A DNA stretch of 31,761 bases, from assembly GCA_002937495.1 (NCBI GenBank), contig PTJW01000001.1, forward strand, positions 1 to 31,761. Direction: 5' to 3'. Shown here piece by piece: positions 1 to 7,967 of this stretch. Both the position numbers and the translations under genes were made by a program. This stretch comes from Pseudomonadota bacterium (lineage in GTDB: Bacteria; Pseudomonadota; Alphaproteobacteria; UBA1280; UBA12223). Numbering within the stretch: the first letter of the stretch is position 1; every line of letters begins with the position of its first letter. The notes below the pieces were generated by a model. It was given only the letters and a program-made list of their open reading frames with translations. It was not told the origin of the DNA and ran no database searches.

Positions 1-40
1 GATATTATCCTCGCAGGTTCAAATCCTGTCTGTTCCGCCA
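1..40 (+). tRNA. 3' part of tRNA, probably tRNA-Ser (truncated by window start)
   Basis: T-arm GCAGG-TTCAAAT-CCTGT followed by acceptor strand CTGTTCC, discriminator G and encoded CCA (38-40). Discriminator G and the preceding variable-arm-like sequence fit Ser. The anticodon is outside the window. Confidence 0.8.
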
Positions 41-58
41 TTTTATTTGGGAGGCTTT

Positions 59-555
59 ATGAAAGTTATACAAATATACCCTAGTTTAAACCAAGGCGGT
101 ATTGAAAGATGCGTTATTAACCTTGCAAACTATATTACACAACAAAATATTGAAAACAAAATTTGTTCTAATGGTGGTATATTAATTTCTGATTTAACAA
201 ATACTCAGCATTTAACTTTACCAGCACATAAAAAAAGCTTTATTCATAACCTATTCGTTCAGGCAAAAAAGTAGCAGTTATATCTAATTATATTAAACAA
301 CACTTAATTGATGTTTATAATATGAATGAAAATAAAATGGTAACTGCTTATAGAAGTTTTAATGATACAAAATTTAATATTGATAATTTAGATGACTGGG
401 CTGAAAAAATAAGGTATGCTATTAACCTAGATAAATCTAAAAGAGATGCTATGGGTAAATTAGCAAAAAAATGGGTTTATGATAACTTTACACTAGAAAA
501 AATGTGTAATGCAGAAATTAACATGTACAAACAAGCTTTAAACAAGGATAAATAA
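59..555 (+). pseudogene. Decayed paralog of the adjacent GT4 glycosyltransferase (two large internal deletions, a frameshift and a nonsense codon)
   Basis: The pieces align collinearly with 562..1674. N-terminus MKVIQIYPSLNQGGIER matches MKILQTCPKLNQGGVER. Shifted frame YS*PIRSGKKVAVISNYIKQHLIDVYN (TAA at 247-249) matches YSWPMRAGKKIGVISEYIRQHLIDVYN. C-terminus NLDDWAEKIRYAINLD matches NLDDWAEKIKQAINLD. GGAGG RBS before ATG 59. Confidence 0.88.
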
Positions 556-561
556 ACAATT

Positions 562-1674
562 ATGAAAATACTTCAAACTTGCCCTAAACTAAACCAAGGC
601 GGTGTAGAACGCGGTACAATTGAGTTTGCAAACTATTTAGCTGATAATAAAATTGATAACTACATTTGTTCTAATGGTGGTATTTTAGTTAAGGAGTTAA
701 CTAATACTACTCACTTTACACTTCCAGTACATAAAAAAAACCCTGTAAACATTATTAAATGTGCTTTTAAATTAGCTAAATATGTAAAAAATAATGATAT
801 TGATATTATTTATGCTCGTTCAAGAGCTCCTGCTTGGGTTGGTTACTTTGCAGCTAAATTAGCAAAAGTAGAATATGTTACTACATACCACGGTGCTTAC
901 TCTCATGAAAATATCTTTAAAAAAGCTTACTCATGGCCTATGAGAGCTGGTAAAAAAATTGGTGTAATTTCAGAATATATCCGTCAACACTTAATTGATG
1001 TTTATAATACACCTGAAGATAAAATGATGACAGCATACAGATGCTTTAATCAAGATAGATTTAACCTAGATGATCTAAATACAAAAGAACTTGAAGCTAT
1101 TAAGGAGAAATATAACCTTGATAGTGGCGAAGTTATTTTATGCTTAGTTGGTCGTTTTAGTAAAACTAAAGGCCAAGTTGAACTTGTAAGAGCGTTAAGC
1201 AAAATTAAAAATGAAAACTGGAAACTACTACTTGTTGGTTCTGGTGACAAAAGAGTTTCTAAAAAGGTTAAAGACATTATTAAAGAACAAAAACTTGAAG
1301 ATAAAATTATTTTAACTGGTAACCAAACAAAACCAGAATACTTTTATGCAGTTGCAGATATTTGTTTTTCTGTAAGAGTAACTCCAGAAGCATTTGGTAG
1401 AACACCCCTTGAAGCACAAGCTTTAGAAAAAATTGTTATTGCTACAAATAAAGGTGGCCACCTTGAAACTGTAAAAGACGGTGAAACAGGATTTTTAGTA
1501 CAGACAGAAAACCTAGATGACTGGGCTGAAAAAATTAAGCAGGCTATTAACTTAGATGCTGAAACTAGAACTAACATGGGTAAACAAGCTAAGGTTTGGG
1601 TTAACTCTAAATACACATTAGAAGAAATGTGCAAATCAGAGCTAGCTATCTGTAAGGAAGTTCTAAAAAAATAA
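562..1674 (+). CDS. Glycosyltransferase family 4 (GT-B), probably LPS core/envelope biosynthesis
   Basis: GGVERGT N-terminal motif, IIYARSRAPAW, VGRFSKTKGQ, EAFGRTPLEAQA (E-x7-E), ETVKDGETGFLV. Confidence 0.92.
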   Translation: MKILQTCPKLNQGGVERGTIEFANYLADNKIDNYICSNGGILVKELTNTTHFTLPVHKKNPVNIIKCAFKLAKYVKNNDIDIIYARSRAPAWVGYFAAKLAKVEYVTTYHGAYSHENIFKKAYSWPMRAGKKIGVISEYIRQHLIDVYNTPEDKMMTAYRCFNQDRFNLDDLNTKELEAIKEKYNLDSGEVILCLVGRFSKTKGQVELVRALSKIKNENWKLLLVGSGDKRVSKKVKDIIKEQKLEDKIILTGNQTKPEYFYAVADICFSVRVTPEAFGRTPLEAQALEKIVIATNKGGHLETVKDGETGFLVQTENLDDWAEKIKQAINLDAETRTNMGKQAKVWVNSKYTLEEMCKSELAICKEVLKK

Positions 1675-1697
1675 ATATATTAAATAGATAAGCCAAA

Positions 1698-1730
1698 CCC
1701 CTGCAAGCTTATCTTGTAGGGGGTTAATTT
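1698..1730 (+). terminator. Probable intrinsic terminator after the GT4 gene
   Basis: CCCCTGCAAG-cttat-CTTGTAGGGG hairpin followed by gttaattt (imperfect U-tract). Confidence 0.6.
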
Positions 1731-1756
1731 TAACAATAAAATAAAGGAAGAATACT

Positions 1757-2974
1757 ATGTATCAACCAAAATTAGATTTAGCACAGAATATTATACAGCA
1801 ATTTTCAACACCAACAGCTGTAATTTCAAAACCAATGCTTGAAGAAAAAATCAAAGCAATGAAGTCAGCTTTTTCTAAAAATACTAAAATATTCTATGCT
1901 ATTAAAGCTAATAATAACCCGCATATTGTTAAAATATTAAAAAATGCTGGCCTAGATGGTATTGATACTGTTTCTATTAATGAAGTTAAGCTTGCTAAAA
2001 AATTAGGCTTTACTCCACAGCAAATTATTTATACAGGATCAAGCTGCTCAGATGAAGAAATGGCTGAGGTTCATAACCAAGGAGTTATGTTAAACATTGG
2101 TTCAACATCTGAATTAGCTAGGTTTGGTAAAATGTTCCCTAATACAAAAGTTTCTATTAGGTTTAACCCTGAAGTTGGCGATGGTGAAACAGCTGCTGTT
2201 ATTACAGCTGGCGATTCAACAAAGTTTGGTATTAAAGCAAGTAAGCTAGATGAAGTTAAGCAAATTGTAGCAGAATATAACCTAACTATTGCAGGTATTC
2301 ACTGTCATATTGGTTCTGGTTTTTATTCTACTGATCAATTTGAAAAAGCTGTTGTTAGAATTTTAGATCAAGCTAAAGATTTTGCAAATCTTGAATTTGT
2401 AGATTTTGGTGGTGGCTTTGGTGTTCAATATAAAAAAGAACAAACTCCTATTGATTTAAATGATTTTGCAAAAAGTATTCAAACTCATGTAGATGAATTT
2501 AACAAGCATAACAAAAAAGAAATTGAAATTAGATTAGAGCCTGGTAAATACTTAGTTATGCAAGCTTGTGCAACATTAACAAAAGTTACTACTATTAAAG
2601 ATGAATACGCTATTCCATTTATAGGAACAGATACAGGCATGAACCACATAATTCGCCCTGCATTATATGGATCATACCATCATGTAGAAAACTTAACTAA
2701 TGCAAATGCAGAAAAGCAAAAAGTTAATATTGTTGGTAATATTTGTGAATCTGATGACTTTATTGCTGAAGAAATTGAAATTCAAACTCCTAGGGAAAAT
2801 GACATTTTAGCAGTATTAACAACTGGTGCTTACTGCCCTACTATGCAAAGTTTTTATAATTTAAGACCTTTCTTAGCTGAAGTTTTAGTTGATGAAGACA
2901 ATAATTTAAAATTAATCCGTAAGCGTTCAACATTTGACGAACTTCTTGCTCAGCAAGGCTTTACAGACTTTTAA
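1757..2974 (+). CDS. lysA: Diaminopimelate decarboxylase
   Basis: FYAIKAN (PLP lysine), SKFG-like TKFGI, HCHIGSG, DFGGGFG, EPGKYLV, HIIRPALYG, GNICESDD, GAY; AAGGA RBS. Confidence 0.93.
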   Translation: MYQPKLDLAQNIIQQFSTPTAVISKPMLEEKIKAMKSAFSKNTKIFYAIKANNNPHIVKILKNAGLDGIDTVSINEVKLAKKLGFTPQQIIYTGSSCSDEEMAEVHNQGVMLNIGSTSELARFGKMFPNTKVSIRFNPEVGDGETAAVITAGDSTKFGIKASKLDEVKQIVAEYNLTIAGIHCHIGSGFYSTDQFEKAVVRILDQAKDFANLEFVDFGGGFGVQYKKEQTPIDLNDFAKSIQTHVDEFNKHNKKEIEIRLEPGKYLVMQACATLTKVTTIKDEYAIPFIGTDTGMNHIIRPALYGSYHHVENLTNANAEKQKVNIVGNICESDDFIAEEIEIQTPRENDILAVLTTGAYCPTMQSFYNLRPFLAEVLVDEDNNLKLIRKRSTFDELLAQQGFTDF

Positions 2975-2989
2975 GTACATTTATAAAAT

Positions 2990-3010
2990 GCTCTCTTTTG
3001 AGAGCTTTTT
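2990..3010 (+). terminator. Intrinsic terminator after lysA
   Basis: GCTCTC-tttt-GAGAGC-TTTTT. Confidence 0.75.
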
Positions 3011-3050
3011 CTTATATTTCAATAATAACCACAAAAAAAATAATATTTTC

Positions 3051-3080
3051 TTTACAAATAAGTAATCACAGGTATATAAT
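3051..3080 (+). promoter_or_regulatory. Sigma70-like promoter of the 142-aa orphan
   Basis: TTTACA (3051-3056), 18 nt, TATAAT (3075-3080); GAGGT RBS before ATG 3119. Confidence 0.55.
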
Positions 3081-3118
3081 TAAAATCAGACATAAACTTT
3101 TGCTCATGAGGTACTATT

Positions 3119-3547
3119 ATGAGATACTTCAAAGATATGCGAAATCAGATTGATGAATTAGCTTTTAGTTTTGATAATCACCATTACACTGATTATTATA
3201 AAGCCCAAAGCGAGCTATATTGCAAAACAGATGCGTACCATGAATTACAAGCACGCAGACTTATTCGCTTAGCAGGCAAAAAACGCATAGAACTACTATA
3301 CAATTTAGCAGTTGAAAGACGCTTTCAGCACGCAGAAGATTTGCGCCAAGCCAGAATTTACATACATACCCTTAAATTAAATTTAAAAACATCCACCTTT
3401 AATGTTAATTCTAGCCAAACTAACCAAATTGTCCGAAAACTAAAAATTTATAAGCATCTGCTAAAAAAAGGATTTAATTCCTTTTATGCTTATCAAGTTA
3501 CTAGTTTAGAAAAGGCCCTTGAATTAGTTGCAACTCAATCCGCATGA
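3119..3547 (+). CDS. Hypothetical protein, 142 aa, basic and probably helical
   Basis: ORF with its own promoter, RBS and downstream terminator; no family recognised. Confidence 0.7.
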   Translation: MRYFKDMRNQIDELAFSFDNHHYTDYYKAQSELYCKTDAYHELQARRLIRLAGKKRIELLYNLAVERRFQHAEDLRQARIYIHTLKLNLKTSTFNVNSSQTNQIVRKLKIYKHLLKKGFNSFYAYQVTSLEKALELVATQSA

Positions 3548-3565
3548 CTATTAGCGTACTTTCAG

Positions 3566-3601
3566 AAAAAATCCCCTAGTTTTAAACTGGGGGATTTTTT
3601 T
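3566..3601. terminator. Bidirectional terminator between the orphan and GST
   Basis: AAAAAATCCCCTAGTTT-t-AAACTGGGGGATTTTTTT inverted repeat with A- and T-tracts. Confidence 0.85.
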
Positions 3602-4211
3602 ATGCTTTAATATCTGGATTATTAAATAATGGTTGCTTTGGCATTACATTTTTGAAAATATTATTATTAACCATTGTTTCTAGCCAAATGGCAGTTTGGG
3701 GGAATGTATTTTCAAAATATGTTTTATCTGGCATTGTGAACTGACGAATAAATGGAAATATTGCAAAGTCTGCTAATGAAGGCTCATTTTTTAATAAATA
3801 TGTATTTTCAGCAAGCAAATATTCAAGCTGCTTTACAAACTTGCTAGCCTCAAGTTGCCAATCTGTTGGATCATCCTTATACCTTGTTGGATATTTATAC
3901 CTATCAAGCGCCATTTTAAAGCTTGTATCGTTTATTTTAATTAATTCTAATGACTTATCAATATTATCTAGTAAACTTAACGGATCATGCTGTTTTAAAG
4001 CCCAAAGCATAATATCAAAGCTTTCATCTATAACTTTATCTGTTAAAACTAATACAGGAACTGTCCCCTTGCTAGATGCTTGCAACATTTCTACAGGTTT
4101 ATCTCGTAATAAAATGTTTCGTAACTCATAATCTATATCTGCGATTTTTAAAGCCATTCTTGCACGAATAGCATATGGGCATCTTCTAAAAGAGTATAAA
4201 ATTGGTTTCAT
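3600..4211 (-). CDS. Glutathione S-transferase family protein
   Basis: LYSFRRCPYAIRARMAL, KGTVPVL, IDESFDIMLWAL, SLADFAIFPFIRQF. Confidence 0.92.
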   Translation of the reverse strand: MKPILYSFRRCPYAIRARMALKIADIDYELRNILLRDKPVEMLQASSKGTVPVLVLTDKVIDESFDIMLWALKQHDPLSLLDNIDKSLELIKINDTSFKMALDRYKYPTRYKDDPTDWQLEASKFVKQLEYLLAENTYLLKNEPSLADFAIFPFIRQFTMPDKTYFENTFPQTAIWLETMVNNNIFKNVMPKQPLFNNPDIKA

Positions 4212-4220
4212 AAGTTTTCC

Positions 4221-4898
4221 TTATAATGTTAATAATGCAGAATTAGCCTTTAAATATTGTTCTGCTAATTTATAATCAGGCATGAAAGATTCTACAAAAT
4301 TCCAAAATCGTGCAGAATGGTTTGGATGAATTAAATGGGCAAGTTCATGAATTACAATGTATTCTTGAACCCAATCTTCTAACATTGCATTACGAATAGT
4401 AAAGTTTAAAGTTTTTGTTGAGTAATTACAGCTGCCCCAGCGTTTTTCAGCCTTATTTAGTTTTACTTTAGCAGGGAATAGTTCCATATTTTTCGACCAC
4501 TTTAAAACTAGTCTTTTAATATCAGTTTGGGCAATGCGTGTATAGTACTTTTCTATTAATGCTTTTTTTAAGTCATAATTATCATGCTTAACATATAAAT
4601 TAATTATTCCATTTTCTGCAATAACTTCATTAATATTGCTAATAACAATATTAAGCTTAAATACCTGCCCTGCTATTAAGAATTCTTCATTTTGGATATA
4701 CTCGCGTTGAGCAAATGTAGCGTTATTTATTTTTTGTAAAATAAGGTCATAGTTTTTTTCTAGAAACTTTTCAATTGTTCTTTTACTTGTATTTTTAGGG
4801 ACCCTAATTTCAGCATGACTAGACAGAAAAACCATCGCAATTGAGTTTTTCCTAGTTGTTTGTTTTATGTTGTATGATATTTGCTTATAATTTTCCAT
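4221..4898 (-). CDS. M48-like/YgjP (DUF45, SprT-like) zinc metallohydrolase
   Basis: KRWGSCN, YIVIHELAHL (HExxH), NHSARFW. Start re-assigned from the track's 4934 to ATG 4898, because 4899-4934 is promoter sequence. Confidence 0.85.
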   Translation of the reverse strand: MENYKQISYNIKQTTRKNSIAMVFLSSHAEIRVPKNTSKRTIEKFLEKNYDLILQKINNATFAQREYIQNEEFLIAGQVFKLNIVISNINEVIAENGIINLYVKHDNYDLKKALIEKYYTRIAQTDIKRLVLKWSKNMELFPAKVKLNKAEKRWGSCNYSTKTLNFTIRNAMLEDWVQEYIVIHELAHLIHPNHSARFWNFVESFMPDYKLAEQYLKANSALLTL

Positions 4899-4934
4899 TG
4901 ATTTTATTGTATAAAAGATATATATTAAAGTCAA
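4898..4934. promoter_or_regulatory. Overlapping divergent sigma70 promoters for rnpB (+) and the M48 gene (-)
   Basis: Plus strand: TTGATT 4898-4903, 17 nt, TATATT 4921-4926. Minus strand: TTGACT 4934-4929, 17 nt, TACAAT 4911-4906, then 7 nt to ATG 4898. Confidence 0.75.
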
Positions 4935-5318
4935 GAAAAGGCACTGGGCTACTGCTGGTTTTTGCTATTTTTTTAGACAAAAACGAGAGGAAAGTCCGGG
5001 CACCGTAGAAGAGGATTCCAGGTAACTCCTGGCGGTATCACACGATATTAGGGAAAGTGCAGCAGAAAATAACCGCCTATTTTCAATAGGTAAGGGTGAA
5101 AAGGTAAGGTAAGAGCTTACCGCTGCTTTTAGTAATAAAAGTGGGTCAATGTAAACCCAATCCGGTGCAAGACCAAAAGCGCTGTTAAAAGCTTGTTCTT
5201 CGCAAGCTAGCGAGAATGGTGGGTTGCTCTGACCTTATTAGCAATAATAAGGCTAGATGAATAGTAGCACAGCAAGTTTTTACTTGTGGACATAACTCGG
5301 CTTATAGGTGCCTTTTCT
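4934..5318 (+). ncRNA. rnpB: RNase P RNA, bacterial type A
   Basis: GAGGAAAGTCCGGGC, GGAAAGTGCAGCAGAAA, GGTAAGAGC, TAAACCC...GGTGCAAGACCAAA, CTAGATGAAT, ACATAACTCGGCTTA; P1 ends AGAAAAGGCAC/GTGCCTTTTCT. Confidence 0.97.
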
Positions 5319-5320
5319 AT

Positions 5321-5352
5321 AAAAAAACGACTCTTTTAAGAGTCGTTTTTTT
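5321..5352. terminator. Bidirectional terminator shared by rnpB and the fumC-kinase operon
   Basis: AAAAAAACGACTCT-ttta-AGAGTCGTTTTTTT. Confidence 0.88.
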
Positions 5353-6793
5353 GTTGAGTAATTTTACTTATTGATGCTCTTTCTGCCATTAAACTAACAA
5401 TAACTGTTGTTCCATGGTTTTCTATAGAGTGTAATGAAATTTCACCTTTTAAATTACTTAAAATAAGTTTTGAAATAATTAAACCTAAACCAAAACCTTT
5501 TGTATTTAATTCTTTATCGCTAAGTTTTAAGCTTGAATTAATAGATTCTAACCTTGATTTACTCATACCTAAGCCAGTATCTTCAATACAAACTTGGTAT
5601 TTTATATATTTAGAGTCAATTTTAGAAGCTGAAAAATCAACTTTAACATAACCTTGTTTTGTAAAAGCAATAGCATTATCAATAATATTTTTTAATGCTA
5701 CTTTTAACTTTACAACATCTGTTTTTACATAAATTTTTTCTTCTAAGTCATTATTATCATAACTCATTTTAATATTAGTACTATCAGGTAATGCCATTTT
5801 TGATTCTTTATAAGCCAGGTATACTACATCTGATAATATACATGGAGAATAGTTAATTGGCGTACTTGATTCTTTAAGCTCTAAATAAATTAAAACATTA
5901 ATAATTTGATTTAATAATATATTTGAAGACTTTTCAATAAAAGAAAGTTCAGAATTGTTAGATGCTTCAGGATTTTTAATTTTAATTAAATCAATAGCCC
6001 CCATAATACCATTTAATGGAGTTAAAATACTATTTGTAATATTTGTTAAAAGTTGACTTTTTTGAATATTCTGAATTTGGCTATTTTTATGTTCATTTAA
6101 AACTTTACTACTTGTATCTTTTATTATGTTAATTAACTTAGCCAACTCATCAGGTTGATTTGAAGTTTTAATTTCTAAACTATCTATATCACCATTTTCA
6201 ATATGATTAACAATATTATATAAATCATCTACTCTTTGTAATAAAACTTTTAATACAAAGTGGTAAACCACGATAATACATAAGAAAATAATAAACCATA
6301 CTGCTAAAATATACCTAGTAATACTAATTGATGTATTAAGCAAATCTCTGTTTGAAATAGTAATTTCAAGCTCGCCTACTTTATGGTTATCATATACTAT
6401 TTCATAAATTTTAGTTCGGTAATAATCACCTAAAAATATTCTTGCTAAAGAAGGTATTGGTCCGTAACGCTCTGGTCTTAAGTCTTTAAAAATTTTTTCT
6501 GTTAAAGGCTCAGAGTATTGATCTTTAACTACTATTTTTTGAATAACATTTGTTCTTGCTACATCTAAATGTTTTGAGAAGTTTTCTAAATATTCTTCTA
6601 AGCCCAAGATATCATTAATCATAAGCATAGGCATAATTTCTTCTTGTAAATATAGGCTTGTATTGTCTGTATATTGTAAGTTTGACTCTACATATCTTGT
6701 ATTTATTTTATGAAATGCAATAACTGCAAAAAGTAACATTAAAACAGTTTGTATAGTTACAAGTAATATAAAAATTTTATTTCTTAATTTCAT
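5336..6793 (-). CDS. Membrane-bound sensor histidine kinase-like protein lacking the phosphoacceptor His (pseudokinase)
   Basis: Two TM segments around a periplasmic domain, then a HAMP-like linker. H-box reads LLTNITNSILTPLNGIMG, against canonical FLANMSHEIRTPLNGIIG. N-box LKNIIDNAIAFT, G1 IEDTGLGM, G2 GFGLGLIIS. No receiver domain. Confidence 0.85.
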   Translation of the reverse strand: MKLRNKIFILLVTIQTVLMLLFAVIAFHKINTRYVESNLQYTDNTSLYLQEEIMPMLMINDILGLEEYLENFSKHLDVARTNVIQKIVVKDQYSEPLTEKIFKDLRPERYGPIPSLARIFLGDYYRTKIYEIVYDNHKVGELEITISNRDLLNTSISITRYILAVWFIIFLCIIVVYHFVLKVLLQRVDDLYNIVNHIENGDIDSLEIKTSNQPDELAKLINIIKDTSSKVLNEHKNSQIQNIQKSQLLTNITNSILTPLNGIMGAIDLIKIKNPEASNNSELSFIEKSSNILLNQIINVLIYLELKESSTPINYSPCILSDVVYLAYKESKMALPDSTNIKMSYDNNDLEEKIYVKTDVVKLKVALKNIIDNAIAFTKQGYVKVDFSASKIDSKYIKYQVCIEDTGLGMSKSRLESINSSLKLSDKELNTKGFGLGLIISKLILSNLKGEISLHSIENHGTTVIVSLMAERASISKITQQKNDS

Positions 6794-7289
6794 CTAAATT
6801 ACTACTCATTTGATTCTTTAATTCTAATTTTTTAGCTTTTACTAAATTATTAATATTATCTTTAAATTTATTTAGGTGATCTCCTGAAATATTTTTTCTA
6901 TTTATAATATAGTAAATATCTTTTGTATTTACTATACCATTAATAAGCCTTTGCTGAACAGCTTCGTGTAATGGAAAAATTTCATACTCTTGTTTATCTA
7001 CTATATTATCATACTGGAATTTACTTACTACTGCAAAGTCATATAAATCAAGTTTAATGAAATCTTCATATTCTGAAATTGTTTTTGTAGTTGCCATTTT
7101 AAATTTAAATGACTCGTTTTTTGTCATATCTTGTAAAAATGGAGTCCAAGTTTCAAATGTATATTGTTTACTAAAAATTGGTAGAACTCCAATTGAATAC
7201 ACTGTGTTTTCTTTATAAGCTATTACATCATCAGCAACTGCAAATGATGTAGAAAATAAAGCATATAAACACACAATAAGTTTTTTCAT
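6777..7289 (-). CDS. Exported, truncated PhnD-like periplasmic substrate-binding protein (170 aa)
   Basis: Signal peptide MKKLIVCLYALFSTSFAVA; IGVLP...WTPFLQDM...YEDFI...YDFAVV resembles the first lobe of phosphonate-type binding proteins; overlaps the kinase start by 17 nt. Confidence 0.62.
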   Translation of the reverse strand: MKKLIVCLYALFSTSFAVADDVIAYKENTVYSIGVLPIFSKQYTFETWTPFLQDMTKNESFKFKMATTKTISEYEDFIKLDLYDFAVVSKFQYDNIVDKQEYEIFPLHEAVQQRLINGIVNTKDIYYIINRKNISGDHLNKFKDNINNLVKAKKLELKNQMSSNLDEIKK

Positions 7290-7290
7290 T

Positions 7291-7956
7291 TCAACCTCTA
7301 TTAATCTTTGAATCTTGTATAAATTGTTTTGTATTATTATCTAATTCGCCTGATATATTATCAGATAAGAATCTTCTTTGAAAGGCTTTTATAACATTTT
7401 TTTCTCCATATGTTATATTATATCCAAAATCAGTTAAATTAGATATATAATCAGTGGTATTACTCAACTTAGAAAAGTCTACAGCTAAATTATTTTCTAC
7501 TAAAACAGACCAATTAAACCTTGCTCCAGGGTCTGTTTTTCTATCACAAGAAATATCCGAATGCGCTATAATATTTTCTGCTTTAATTTTATATCTACCT
7601 TGTAAGTCTTTTAGTAATTCAATTAAAGAATCATACTGCTGTTTAGTGTATCCACTTTCATTACCTAAAGTTCCTGTATTACCTAACTCTATGCCAATAG
7701 AATTAGTATTAAGCATTTCATCATTTTTCCATTTTGAAACACCTGCATGCCAGGCTTTTTTATTATCAGGCACTAAGTTGTATATCTGTCCATCTCTAGC
7801 TATAAAATAATGCGCAGAAACCCCATTGGCTTCTGCACATAAAAATTCTAAAGATGTTTTATCATCAAAGCACATACAATGCAGAACAATATATTTTGGA
7901 TCTATAGTTTCATCTGCAAAGTTTGGGCTTTGATATTTAGTATTTATTTTTACCAT
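7291..7956 (-). CDS. N-acetylmuramoyl-L-alanine amidase (Amidase_2, AmpD/AmiD-like) with C-terminal peptidoglycan-binding remnant
   Basis: YIVLH, VSAHYFI, AWHAGVSKW, NTNSIGIELGN, AHSDI...RKTDPG, AFQRRF. Confidence 0.92.
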   Translation of the reverse strand: MVKINTKYQSPNFADETIDPKYIVLHCMCFDDKTSLEFLCAEANGVSAHYFIARDGQIYNLVPDNKKAWHAGVSKWKNDEMLNTNSIGIELGNTGTLGNESGYTKQQYDSLIELLKDLQGRYKIKAENIIAHSDISCDRKTDPGARFNWSVLVENNLAVDFSKLSNTTDYISNLTDFGYNITYGEKNVIKAFQRRFLSDNISGELDNNTKQFIQDSKINRG

Positions 7957-7967
7957 TCAAAAATCTT

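Noticed and set aside
1-60. tRNA 3' end as an integration site for an island or prophage
   Set aside because: No integrase, no duplicated tRNA 3' end in the window, and downstream genes are housekeeping
227-249. A-run with AAAAAAG as a programmed -1 frameshift restoring the pseudogene
   Set aside because: The heptamer is not in the required phase, and the shifted frame hits TAA at 247-249
47-555. ORFs 47..274 and 322..555 as two independent small proteins
   Set aside because: They are frameshifted, deleted pieces of one GT4 paralog with an in-frame TAA replacing a Trp codon
5030-5050. Non-GNRA loop in RNase P P9 and the ACATAACTCGG variant of the 3' conserved region
   Set aside because: P4 pairing is preserved with a G-U pair, and L14 and L18 remain GNRA; within normal type A variation
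3545-7293. Alternative genetic code (TGA reassigned), given the low GC
   Set aside because: TGA ends ORFs at sensible positions (3545-3547; amidase stop 7293-7291) and Trp is encoded by TGG in conserved motifs
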